Positions 27,985 to 36,714 of a DNA stretch of 64,000 nucleotides are shown piece by piece; positions within the stretch are counted from its first letter, which is position 1; every line of letters starts with the position of its first letter. Position numbers and translations under genes: made by a program. The notes under the pieces are model-generated. The model saw nothing but the letters and a program-made list of their open reading frames with translations, was not told where the DNA came from and made no database searches. The DNA is from Gemmatimonadota bacterium (GTDB taxonomy: Bacteria; Gemmatimonadota; Gemmatimonadetes; Gemmatimonadales; GWC2-71-9): positions 162,307-226,306 of the forward strand of contig JBDHAB010000007.1 of the NCBI GenBank assembly GCA_039588295.1, given 5' to 3'.

Positions 27985-28850
27985 GGTTTGACGCGACTCG
28001 GCCGGCCGTTCATTTTGGCTGCGAACACCCTGCCTGCAGCCAAGGTCGCGGCGCCGGCGACCACCAGCCCCGCCAAGACATCCACCGCATAGTGCATTTG
28101 GCAGTACACGATCCCGATCAGCAACAGCAGGACGGGTAGGACGAAGGTGTATGCGAGCAACCGCCACTCGCGCCAGACAGCGAGTGTGGCTGCCACGGCT
28201 CCAGCGATGTGGGACGACGGAAACGCGGCACCGAACGACGAGCCACTTTGCAGCACTCCATAGACGAGGCGTGCGCTCCACACTTCACGGACGGGGCCGG
28301 TGGGATGCTCGAAGGCGTAGTTCGGGCCCGCCACGGGGAATAGCACGAATACCACATAGCAGGTCACGAACGCGAGCATGGTTGTGAACAGCACCCGTCG
28401 CGCCTGCTCCCGTTTGCCCCGCGCGGCGAGCAGCACGGGCCCGAGCACGACCATCGGGTAGTAGACGAAGTAGACCAGGTGCAAGACTCCCGACCAGAAG
28501 ATCGACGGCGCGCGCCGAATCCACTCATACGAGACTTGACTGCCGAAGAGGGCGGCCTCCCACTGCTGCACGATGGCGTCATTCTCGAACGTCGTGTCCA
28601 GACCCAGGGGCACCGTCAATGTCCCGATCTCCGCGTAGAGCCCCAGCATCACGACCAGCGGATAGAGATCGTGAATCATGTTGCCCACTCGATCGGTCGG
28701 CGTGAGTCGGCTGACCAGCAGCATCAGGACTCCGAAGAGGGCGTGAGCCAGGAGGAGCCATACGGTTGCCTCACCCACGCCACCCCGTGCGACCAGCACC
28801 ACGGTCACAAAGACGAGGTATGTTGCGAGCAGTTTGTCCGTGTGATTCAC
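27981..28850 (-). CDS. PAP2-superfamily membrane protein, AUR1/inositol-phosphorylceramide-synthase-like
   Basis: FVLFPVAGP, AAFPSSH, HYAVD catalytic motifs; multiple TM; GTGA overlap with upstream gene. Confidence 0.8.
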   Translation of the reverse strand: MNHTDKLLATYLVFVTVVLVARGGVGEATVWLLLAHALFGVLMLLVSRLTPTDRVGNMIHDLYPLVVMLGLYAEIGTLTVPLGLDTTFENDAIVQQWEAALFGSQVSYEWIRRAPSIFWSGVLHLVYFVYYPMVVLGPVLLAARGKREQARRVLFTTMLAFVTCYVVFVLFPVAGPNYAFEHPTGPVREVWSARLVYGVLQSGSSFGAAFPSSHIAGAVAATLAVWREWRLLAYTFVLPVLLLLIGIVYCQMHYAVDVLAGLVVAGAATLAAGRVFAAKMNGRPSRVKP

Positions 28851-29851
28851 AGCCAACCGTGCTGGCCGTACCAGCGCGCCGTGTCGTCGAGCCCCGGCGT
28901 GAGCGAGATCTCCGCCCCCCATCCCGTGGCGCGCTCGAGTGCCTCCGCGGAGCACGTCCAGGCTTCGGCGAGGAACTCGTTCGCCTTGTCGGTCGAGAGC
29001 AGCGTTCGTCGACCAAGCATGCGGGCCGCCATCCCGCTTGCGGCAAGGCCAGCCCGACTGAGCGACTGCGGAATGTGGATTGGAAATCGCGGGGGCGGGG
29101 GCTCTCCCGTCGTGTCGTTCCGGAACCGGTAGACGGCAGCGTGGATTTCGTATGCCAGCAATTTCGTCGTAACGATCGTCGGGTGAGAGGCGAAATAGGT
29201 CGTCTCGGTGGTTGCCGATTGGGTAACGCTCAGCAGCGCACCGATGAGATCCCGGACGTGCAGAACCGAGAGCTCTTGCGCGCCGCTGCCGAAGATAGGG
29301 GCGAGGCCGAAGCGCGCCAGCTTGAACATTCGAAGTAGCTGGACGTCTCGAGGGCCGTACACCGTCGCCGGACGAACGATGACCCAGGGCAATCCGCTCG
29401 CACGGGTCGCCTGCTCTCCCGCGAGTTTGCTCGATCCGTAATCGCTCACCGGCCGCGGAGGCGCCAGTTCGTCAATGGGGTTGCCACGCGTGGTCGGGCC
29501 GGCAGCCGACAGGGAGGATACGTAGACGAACTGGCGCAGGTTGGGGGCGACGCGTCGGACAACCTCCACGAGACGGCGCGTAGCACGCTCGTTGACGGCG
29601 AAGAACTCCCGTCGATTGCGCGCGGATACGAGCCCCGCGACATGCAACACCACGTCCGCATCGGTGGCGCCCGCCTCGAGGCCGGCATCGGTAGTCAGGT
29701 CGCCTGTGACGATTCGAGGACCTTGTCCGAACAACCGCTCGGCCTTCGCGCGATTTCGCACGAGACAGGCAACCTCTTCACCGCTACTGAGCAGAGATTC
29801 TACGAGATGGGAGCCAATGAATCCGGTTGCACCGGTGACGAAGACCCTCAC
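28847..29851 (-). CDS. NAD-dependent epimerase/dehydratase-family reductase (candidate ceramide/ketosphinganine reductase)
   Basis: VTGATGFIG, YVSS, YGSSK, VRPATVYGP; GTGA overlap. Confidence 0.85.
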   Translation of the reverse strand: MRVFVTGATGFIGSHLVESLLSSGEEVACLVRNRAKAERLFGQGPRIVTGDLTTDAGLEAGATDADVVLHVAGLVSARNRREFFAVNERATRRLVEVVRRVAPNLRQFVYVSSLSAAGPTTRGNPIDELAPPRPVSDYGSSKLAGEQATRASGLPWVIVRPATVYGPRDVQLLRMFKLARFGLAPIFGSGAQELSVLHVRDLIGALLSVTQSATTETTYFASHPTIVTTKLLAYEIHAAVYRFRNDTTGEPPPPRFPIHIPQSLSRAGLAASGMAARMLGRRTLLSTDKANEFLAEAWTCSAEALERATGWGAEISLTPGLDDTARWYGQHGWL

Positions 29852-30966
29852 AACGGACGATCGTACAACCGGAGCGTTTTGTAGGCTTCGAAGCCCATGA
29901 ACTGGAGACCTTTGTTCATGGGCACGTTGTCTTCGAGGACCCACCCGGCTTCACCCCACTCGTAGCCGAGCGCCCGTCCTCTCTCCCAAATCCAGTGGTA
30001 CATGAGTTCGGCCGCGCCCCTGCCACGGTACTCCTTGATCACCCCGAGCAACAGGATCCGGATGCGCCGCACGTTTCGGGATCGCCACAGAATCTTCAGA
30101 ATACCGGGAAACAGCCGGCCCGAAGGATTCGCCTTGAGTGCCACGTTCATGTCGGGGACCGCGGCCGCGAACCCGATGGGGGTACCACTTCGCTCCGCGA
30201 ACACCACGAGGTCCGGAACCACGATCGGTTTCAGCTGGGCCGCCAGGTGGTCGATCTCCTCATCGGTCATCGGCACGAAGCCCCAGTTCTTCTCCCACGC
30301 ACCGTTGTACAGCGGCTTGATCCGCTCCACTTCTTCCTTGAACCGCTTCATGTCCAGCCCGCGTAGCGTGACCTGCAGCCGGTCCTGCACCTTCTTCGCG
30401 GCCTTCTGTAGGCGCTCGGGCATCGTGGGCCCCGGCGTCTGGTACAGGAGGAGGTTCTTTGCGGTGGCGAATCCCGCTTGCGTGACGAGTTCCGGGTAGT
30501 AGCGCGGATTGTGGGCGTTCAGCACCGTCGGTGGGAATTCGAACCCGTCTACCACGAATCCGCATTCGTCGTTCGTGGAGAAGGACACGGGGCCCCGCAT
30601 GATCGTGAGCCCGCGCTCCTGAAGCCAGCGGGCCGTGGCGTCGAACAGCGCTTCGGCAACGGCTTGGTCGTCCACGGAATCGAAGAAGCCGAAGAAGCCG
30701 ACCGTGTCTTCATGGAACTCATTGTGTGCCCGATTGTGAATCGCCGCAATGCGACCCGCGACCTCACCGTTCCGCAGCGCCAGGAAATACTCCGCTTCGG
30801 CCCGTTTGAAGAACGGGTTTTTCCGCCGGTCGAGCATCTTGCGCACGTCCATGCGCAGCGGGGGGACCCACAGGGGATCCCCCCGATGGAGGCGATAGGG
30901 AAAAGCGATGAATCGTCGGAGGTCGGTAGCAGTCGAGATCGGCTGCACCACCACGGTTCCGCTCAA
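29848..30966 (-). CDS. GNAT-fold acyltransferase, bacterial ceramide synthase (bCerS)-like
   Basis: DPLWVPPL, NPFF, GRIAAI, GFFGFF, HNPRYY, AWEKNWGFVPMT, EYRGRG, WVLEDN..M. TTGA overlap with spt. Confidence 0.8.
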   Translation of the reverse strand: MSGTVVVQPISTATDLRRFIAFPYRLHRGDPLWVPPLRMDVRKMLDRRKNPFFKRAEAEYFLALRNGEVAGRIAAIHNRAHNEFHEDTVGFFGFFDSVDDQAVAEALFDATARWLQERGLTIMRGPVSFSTNDECGFVVDGFEFPPTVLNAHNPRYYPELVTQAGFATAKNLLLYQTPGPTMPERLQKAAKKVQDRLQVTLRGLDMKRFKEEVERIKPLYNGAWEKNWGFVPMTDEEIDHLAAQLKPIVVPDLVVFAERSGTPIGFAAAVPDMNVALKANPSGRLFPGILKILWRSRNVRRIRILLLGVIKEYRGRGAAELMYHWIWERGRALGYEWGEAGWVLEDNVPMNKGLQFMGFEAYKTLRLYDRPL

Positions 30967-32165
30967 ATGACCCCCATCCCCTTCCCGAGCCGCCCGAGCG
31001 TCTCCAGCGCGAAGTCGATCTGATCGGGTGAGTGGGTGGCCATGAGGCTCGCCCGCAAACGACACTGGTCCGGCTGTACCGCCGGTGGCACGACCGGGTT
31101 GGTGAACACGCCGGCGTCAAACAGTTGACGCCAGAACATGAACGTCTTCTCGAGGGTCCCGATCAGGACGGGAATGATCGGGGTCAGCGTCTCACCGATG
31201 TCGAACCCGAGGCTCCGGCAGCCCTCCTGGAACCGCTGGGTGTTCTCCCACAAGCGGTCACGGCGGTCCGGCTCGGCCTGCATGATGGCGAGCGCCGCCA
31301 GCACTCCGGCCGTGTTCGCGGGAGGAAGCGCGGCCGTGAAGATCATCGGCCGGCTGTGATGCTGGAGATAGTGAATCACGCTCTCCGATCCGGCGACGAA
31401 CCCGCCGATCGAGGCCAGCGACTTGGAAAACGTCCCGACGATGAGGTCCACGTCGTCGGCCACGCCGAAATGCGCGGCGGTCCCGTCACCCCTGGGGCCC
31501 AGGACGCCGACGGAGTGGGCGTCATCGACGGCAAGTGCCGCACCGTACTTCTGGGTCAGCCGCAACAAGGCAGGAACGTCAGCGATATCGCCCTCCATGG
31601 AATACACACCGTCCACGATCACCAGCGTGCCCCGGTTCTGATACCGCTCGAGCAACAACTCGAGCTGCGCCAAGTCGCCATGACCGAACCGGTGGGTGTC
31701 GCCGAACGACATCTTGGCGCCGTCCACAATCGAGGCGTGATCGAGTTTGTCGATCAGCACGACCTCGCCACGGCTCACGAGACCCGAGATGAGACCGAGG
31801 TTGGCCTGGTAGCCCGTCGAAAACACGAGTGCCGACTCCTTGCCAAAGAAATCGGCCAGCTCGCGCTCGAGTTGTTCATGAAGATCCAGCGTCCCGTTGA
31901 GGAACCGGCTGCCTGTGCATCCGGAGCCGAAGCGCTCGAGCGCGCTCTTCGCGGCCTCGAGGACCCTGGGATGGTGTGTGAGGCCCAGGTAGTTGTTGGA
32001 CCCCATCATGACCTTCTTCTCGCCCTCGATCACGACCACCGTATCTTCCGACTTCGAAACCGGCTTGAAGTACGGATAGAGGCCGGCGGCCTGCAGCTCG
32101 CGCGCGCGGGTGAAGTTCTTGCACTTATCGAACAGCGCGACTTTTTGTAGTGTCTGCGTGTGCAC
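30963..32165 (-). CDS. spt: Serine palmitoyltransferase (alpha-oxoamine synthase family)
   Basis: GLYPYF, MGSNNYLGL, GCTGSRFLNGT, STGYQANLG, DDAHS, GTFSKSLAS. Family call is secure; specificity is inferred from motifs and context. Confidence 0.8.
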   Translation of the reverse strand: MHTQTLQKVALFDKCKNFTRARELQAAGLYPYFKPVSKSEDTVVVIEGEKKVMMGSNNYLGLTHHPRVLEAAKSALERFGSGCTGSRFLNGTLDLHEQLERELADFFGKESALVFSTGYQANLGLISGLVSRGEVVLIDKLDHASIVDGAKMSFGDTHRFGHGDLAQLELLLERYQNRGTLVIVDGVYSMEGDIADVPALLRLTQKYGAALAVDDAHSVGVLGPRGDGTAAHFGVADDVDLIVGTFSKSLASIGGFVAGSESVIHYLQHHSRPMIFTAALPPANTAGVLAALAIMQAEPDRRDRLWENTQRFQEGCRSLGFDIGETLTPIIPVLIGTLEKTFMFWRQLFDAGVFTNPVVPPAVQPDQCRLRASLMATHSPDQIDFALETLGRLGKGMGVI

Positions 32166-32207
32166 GATCCCTCGACGGCAGCGTGAGTAGAGTAATAAGG
32201 AGTACGC

Positions 32208-32963
32208 GTGCAGAACCGGGCCAAAGCCACGGATCCGAATCCTACGATACTACCGACCCCCTCGAAATCGCACAAGTACCGAGGCCTCTTGGGCTTAGTG
32301 GTGTTGGCAACGACCCTGACCCAAGCTGCTGCGGCGCAAGAAGCTGCGCCACGGCCGGCGTTCTCGAGCGGGCAGGCGGTGTCGTTCAGCGGCGCGGCGG
32401 CGCTGTTCGCCACGGCACTGATTCTGGATTGGACGGAGGGCCCACCGCCCTGCGCGCCGTGCAATCCGCAAGACGTGCCGGGCTTCGACCGCTGGGCGAT
32501 CCGACCGGTCCAGGCAGGCTTCGCGAGGGTCAGCGACGTCCTCCTGCTCGGCATCGCCGGTGGGAGCCTCTGGGATCTCGGGCGCGGGCCGAATGGCGGC
32601 CGGCGCGTGACGGCGGCCCTGGAATCCGCCGGATGGGCATTCGCGATCACCCAGCTAAGCAAATCGCTGATTGGGCGACAACGGCCGGTGATGTACACGG
32701 TCGATGCGGGCGATGCCGCGGATCAGGTCAAGAACCAGCGTTCGATGCCGTCGGGGCACACCTCGATGGCCTTCGCGCTGGCGACGAGCTACGTGCTCAA
32801 CAGTCCCGAGCGTGAGCCACTGCCCAAGATCGTCGCCCTGGCGGCGGCGGTCGGTGTAGCGGCGGCGCGCGTGGCGGCGGCGAAACACTTCCCGTCCGAC
32901 GTCGTGGTCGGAGCGGCCGTCGGCGTCGCCAGTGCATTCGTGATCCACGAGATTCGGTTCTGA
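32208..32963 (+). CDS. PAP2-family phosphatase
   Basis: K...GRQRP, SMPSGHT, RVAAAKHFPSDV. Start uncertain. Confidence 0.85.
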   Translation: MQNRAKATDPNPTILPTPSKSHKYRGLLGLVVLATTLTQAAAAQEAAPRPAFSSGQAVSFSGAAALFATALILDWTEGPPPCAPCNPQDVPGFDRWAIRPVQAGFARVSDVLLLGIAGGSLWDLGRGPNGGRRVTAALESAGWAFAITQLSKSLIGRQRPVMYTVDAGDAADQVKNQRSMPSGHTSMAFALATSYVLNSPEREPLPKIVALAAAVGVAAARVAAAKHFPSDVVVGAAVGVASAFVIHEIRF

Positions 32964-33047
32964 GCGAGACCTGAGACCGCGCAACCGGCAGCTGCTGGAA
33001 CCGCGAGCGGCATCCTGGTTACTATAGAGGACTCAATCCCAGACACC

Positions 33048-35588
33048 ATGACCCGTTGTCACAACCGCCACACAACCCGCACCCGCTGGATGAGGGCATT
33101 TGGCATCGGCGCCTGCGCCACCGCGTTGGGTGTCCCGCGACCCGCGGTTGCCCAGACCGACGTCGAAGAGCTCGGCAGGGTCCACGGAGGTGCCCGGCCG
33201 CCGCCCGCCTACTACGAAACGCTGCGCCGCGACCCGACGGCGTTCCAGTTCTCTGCGAAGAACGGCTGGATCGTGCGAGCCCACGCACTGGCGGCAGCCC
33301 GCCGCGCCGAGCGAACAGCGCTCTCGGAACGGGTCCAGTTCAGCCCGCAGGCCAATTTCAACGCCGCCGGCGTGATGCGGGGTGACGTCAACGTCCCGGT
33401 ATTCCTTATCCTCTACTCCAACACCGATTCGCTTGAGACGATCACGAATCTCCCGCGAGCGACCATGGAGACCCGGTTGTACGGCACGCAGCCGGCGCCG
33501 CCGTATTCGATCCACACCTATTACCGGGAGATCTCCAACGACAGTCTGCTGGTCAACGGCACGGTGCTCGAGTGGACGCGAGTGCCGGGCGCCGACTCGG
33601 TGTACGAGGGAGGATGCAACGGACTTTGCAGCAACGCCGACATTCCAGAGCTCATGCGCGAGCTCGTGATGGCGCACGACAACACCGTGGACTTCGGACA
33701 GTTCGACAACGATGGACCGGACGGCATCCCCAACTCCGCCGACGACGACGGATTCGTCGACGCGGTCGTGCTGTTGCACCCCGAAGTCGACGGCGCATGC
33801 GTGAACATCAATTCTCTGTCGGTGGACAACATTTGGGCGCATAGATGGTCGTTTTGGGGTCGGTTGGGTATCCCGACTGATACTCTCCATACGAACGACG
33901 TATCTAACAGTGGCCGATTCGCAAACGTCGTGGTCAACGACTACATCATTCAAGGGGGTCAGGGCGGCGACGAGGGCTGCACCAGCGACTTCCCCCAGGC
34001 CATGGGCGTCGTCGCGCACGAGACCGGGCATCTGTTCGGATTGCCGGACCTGTACGACACCTCCGGCGAGCCTCGCTCTCAAGGAATCGGTCATTGGGGA
34101 CTCATGGGATCCGGCAACTGGCGACGGGCGTACCGCCCAGCGCACATGGAAGCATGGTCCCGGGCACAGCTCGGCTGGGTCAGCGAAATCGTGCTCGCTT
34201 CGGACACGACGCTCGACTTGAGCCCGATTGAAATCGCTGACACGGCATTTGTCCTGCCGCTTCCGGGATCGGACCAGTACTTCCTGTTGGAAAACCGCCA
34301 GCCCATTGGTTCGGACTCGCTGATGCACGGACCCGGGCTCCTCATTTGGCACGTGGACCCGACGCTGATCAACGCGCGACGGTTCTCCAACTCGGTCAAC
34401 GCGCAGTTGCCGCACGGACTCGCATTGGAGCAGGCCGACGCACTGGGTGAGCTCCAGTTGGAATCGGGCGGCAACCGTGGGGACGCGGGCGATCCGTACC
34501 CCGGGACCACCTCGAACACGGTGTTCGGAGCGTTCACGAATCCAGCAAGCGACCTGAATGACGGTACCCCGACCTATGTGAAGATCGATTCGATCGGCTT
34601 CGTGTCGGGCACGCAGACGGTCCGTGCGCGGATTCGCTTCCAGCGGCCCAGCTTGGTGTTGGCAACGGATACGTTGGCCACGTTCAGGCTGGACGGCACG
34701 AGTTACAACATCTTCAGTGGACTCCTGGACGCGGGCACCGATTACCAGCTCGAGATGGACTCGGTCCAGGTGGTCAACAACGGAGGGAATCGGTACACCT
34801 GGCAGTCATGGTCCAACGGCCAGCCGCGCTCCCACACGTTTACCGCCTCGGCGAATGGTGACTCGATCGTCGCGACGGTGACCACCGAGTACCTCGTCCA
34901 GGCGACGGTCGATGGGAGCGGAGGAGTAGTTGCGTCGACACCGTCGCTGGATCTCACCGCGGGCGAGTTCTTGCCTGAGGACGCGGTGGTGCAGCTCGTT
35001 GCCAGTGTGACCACGGCAGGTCATGTGTTCGAAGGCTGGACTGGCGACACGACCACGGCTTCGGACACGCTCGATCTGGTTCTGCGGCACCCCTATCGCC
35101 TCACGGCGACGTTCGCGCCGCCCCTGACGCTGGCGGCCGAGGGTCCCCCGACCGCCACGATGGGTGCACCGTATCAGTATCAACTCCCCGCTTCCGGGGG
35201 TGTCGGGTCGTATGGATGGTCGGTGGTGACGGGGACGCTTCCTGATAGCATCTCGTTGACGGACACCGGGGCCCTCACCGGTCTCCCCCGCGAAACCGGA
35301 ACGTTCCAGTTCGAGGTTGGCGTCAGCTCCGGCTCGCAGTCGGCCAATCGTCAGTTCCAGCTCGAGGTCGTCGCTCCCGCCCTCCTCGTCGCCAACGTGG
35401 TGGCGCAGGTCGCGGGGGTGGGCAATCCACTGTCGGTCGATGAGATCACCTACCTGGATCTCCTGGGGAACGAGAACAACGCGCTGGACGTGGGTGATTT
35501 CCTCGCCTGGGTTGCCACGGGCGCTGCACCGGTGGCTCCCGAGACGGTGCGTGAAGTGGTGCGTGCCGCACGAAGGGGGGCACCATGA
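33048..35588 (+). CDS. Secreted M6 family (immune inhibitor A-like) metalloprotease with Ig-like domains
   Basis: DFGQFDNDGPDG, IWAHRW, HETGHLFGLPDLYD, WGLMGSG, YFLLENRQ, GLLIWHVD. True start may be the ATG at 33090. Confidence 0.9.
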   Translation: MTRCHNRHTTRTRWMRAFGIGACATALGVPRPAVAQTDVEELGRVHGGARPPPAYYETLRRDPTAFQFSAKNGWIVRAHALAAARRAERTALSERVQFSPQANFNAAGVMRGDVNVPVFLILYSNTDSLETITNLPRATMETRLYGTQPAPPYSIHTYYREISNDSLLVNGTVLEWTRVPGADSVYEGGCNGLCSNADIPELMRELVMAHDNTVDFGQFDNDGPDGIPNSADDDGFVDAVVLLHPEVDGACVNINSLSVDNIWAHRWSFWGRLGIPTDTLHTNDVSNSGRFANVVVNDYIIQGGQGGDEGCTSDFPQAMGVVAHETGHLFGLPDLYDTSGEPRSQGIGHWGLMGSGNWRRAYRPAHMEAWSRAQLGWVSEIVLASDTTLDLSPIEIADTAFVLPLPGSDQYFLLENRQPIGSDSLMHGPGLLIWHVDPTLINARRFSNSVNAQLPHGLALEQADALGELQLESGGNRGDAGDPYPGTTSNTVFGAFTNPASDLNDGTPTYVKIDSIGFVSGTQTVRARIRFQRPSLVLATDTLATFRLDGTSYNIFSGLLDAGTDYQLEMDSVQVVNNGGNRYTWQSWSNGQPRSHTFTASANGDSIVATVTTEYLVQATVDGSGGVVASTPSLDLTAGEFLPEDAVVQLVASVTTAGHVFEGWTGDTTTASDTLDLVLRHPYRLTATFAPPLTLAAEGPPTATMGAPYQYQLPASGGVGSYGWSVVTGTLPDSISLTDTGALTGLPRETGTFQFEVGVSSGSQSANRQFQLEVVAPALLVANVVAQVAGVGNPLSVDEITYLDLLGNENNALDVGDFLAWVATGAAPVAPETVREVVRAARRGAP

Positions 35589-35986
35589 GACGTCGACTCG
35601 GCATGCGACTCATCATCGTGGCGCTGTTGGCGGGCGCGGTCCTCACGTGCGACTCGGGTCCCAAAGCTGGTGAGCTTACCGTGGAGCTCGTCACGCCGCG
35701 ACTGCAGCTTGGGGCCGCCCTGTTCCGTGTCACGGCACTCGAACCACAGACCATCGACACGGTGACCGCCGCCTGCGCGGGATGCCAGGCGTTCGTGGCC
35801 CGTGTCAGTGACCGAGAGGTGCGAGGGATCGTGACGGGGACGTTTGGTGCGGGGCCACTCTTCCGGGTCGGCGTTCCGGACCGGGGGGCGGGCGAGGCGT
35901 TCTCGTTTGCGCTTCAGCAGCTGGCCGCGCCGGACTTTCACCTCGTCTCAGGGGCGGGGTCGAGCCTGCAACTGCTCGAGCGGTAA
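35585..35986 (+). CDS. Small hypothetical lipoprotein, beta-strand rich (possible cohesin-like)
   Basis: ATGA overlap with the protease; signal peptide ending VLTC. Confidence 0.7.
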   Translation: MRRRLGMRLIIVALLAGAVLTCDSGPKAGELTVELVTPRLQLGAALFRVTALEPQTIDTVTAACAGCQAFVARVSDREVRGIVTGTFGAGPLFRVGVPDRGAGEAFSFALQQLAAPDFHLVSGAGSSLQLLER

Positions 35987-36002
35987 TCAAGGTCGCCGTT
36001 CG

Positions 36003-36536
36003 CTACTGCATCGCTCGCACCAGCATCCAGTGCCGCCCGCGGCCGCTCAGTGTGTCCGGGCCGACCACGAAGGTGTCGAGGTGCAGTGTATCTCCACGGG
36101 GTTTTCCCAAGAGGCGAAACCCTGCACTCGGCTCGTTGGCTGGCCGGATCGACAACGAGAGCGTATCGCCGGCGACGTGCCCCTCAAAATCGGAGAAGAC
36201 GGCTGGATCCGCTCCGACATCCCCCGCGAAGTAACTCGTCAACGCTCCGTAGACCTGACCACGCACGACGGAATCGATCGTGATCGCGAGTTGCATCCGT
36301 GTCGGGCTCTGCGGCCTCGGATCGCTGAGCAGCTCCCACGTGCCCGTGAGGACCGAATCTGCCGCTGCCTGACCGGGGGTGGGTGGCGGGGCGGCGAGGA
36401 CCGCGGCTCCGACCGTGTCGACGCTAGCCGACTCCGGCGGGGCTGGTTTGCTATCCCGCGAGTCGGGGCGGCCACAACCGAGATTCCCAATGAGGATGGC
36501 AGAGGAGAGGGACGCTACAACCACGATTCGGCACAC
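36003..36536 (-). CDS. Hypothetical lipoprotein
   Basis: RBS AAGGAG; hydrophobic N-terminus and NLGC; Pro-rich linker; LTGTW beta-barrel start. Confidence 0.6.
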   Translation of the reverse strand: MCRIVVVASLSSAILIGNLGCGRPDSRDSKPAPPESASVDTVGAAVLAAPPPTPGQAAADSVLTGTWELLSDPRPQSPTRMQLAITIDSVVRGQVYGALTSYFAGDVGADPAVFSDFEGHVAGDTLSLSIRPANEPSAGFRLLGKPRGDTLHLDTFVVGPDTLSGRGRHWMLVRAMQ

Positions 36537-36714
36537 CTGGCGGCTCCTTCAGGAAGGTTCTGAAGCATAGCGGGCTGGTGCTGGCCGACAAGCGCTTCTC
36601 CTTCGAGCGTGTTCCGGATCACGGCGCGGTCTCGCGGGGGGGGCGCAGCTTGGGGTGGCTTACGAAGCCGGGTGTCCCTACAATTCCCCAACCCATCCCC
36701 AACAGGGTGACACG

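Noticed and set aside
30963..32165. bioF or kbl assignment
   Set aside because: No bio or tdh genes are nearby, while SPT-type motifs and GNAT/SDR/PAP2 neighbours favour spt. Not excluded without a phylogeny.
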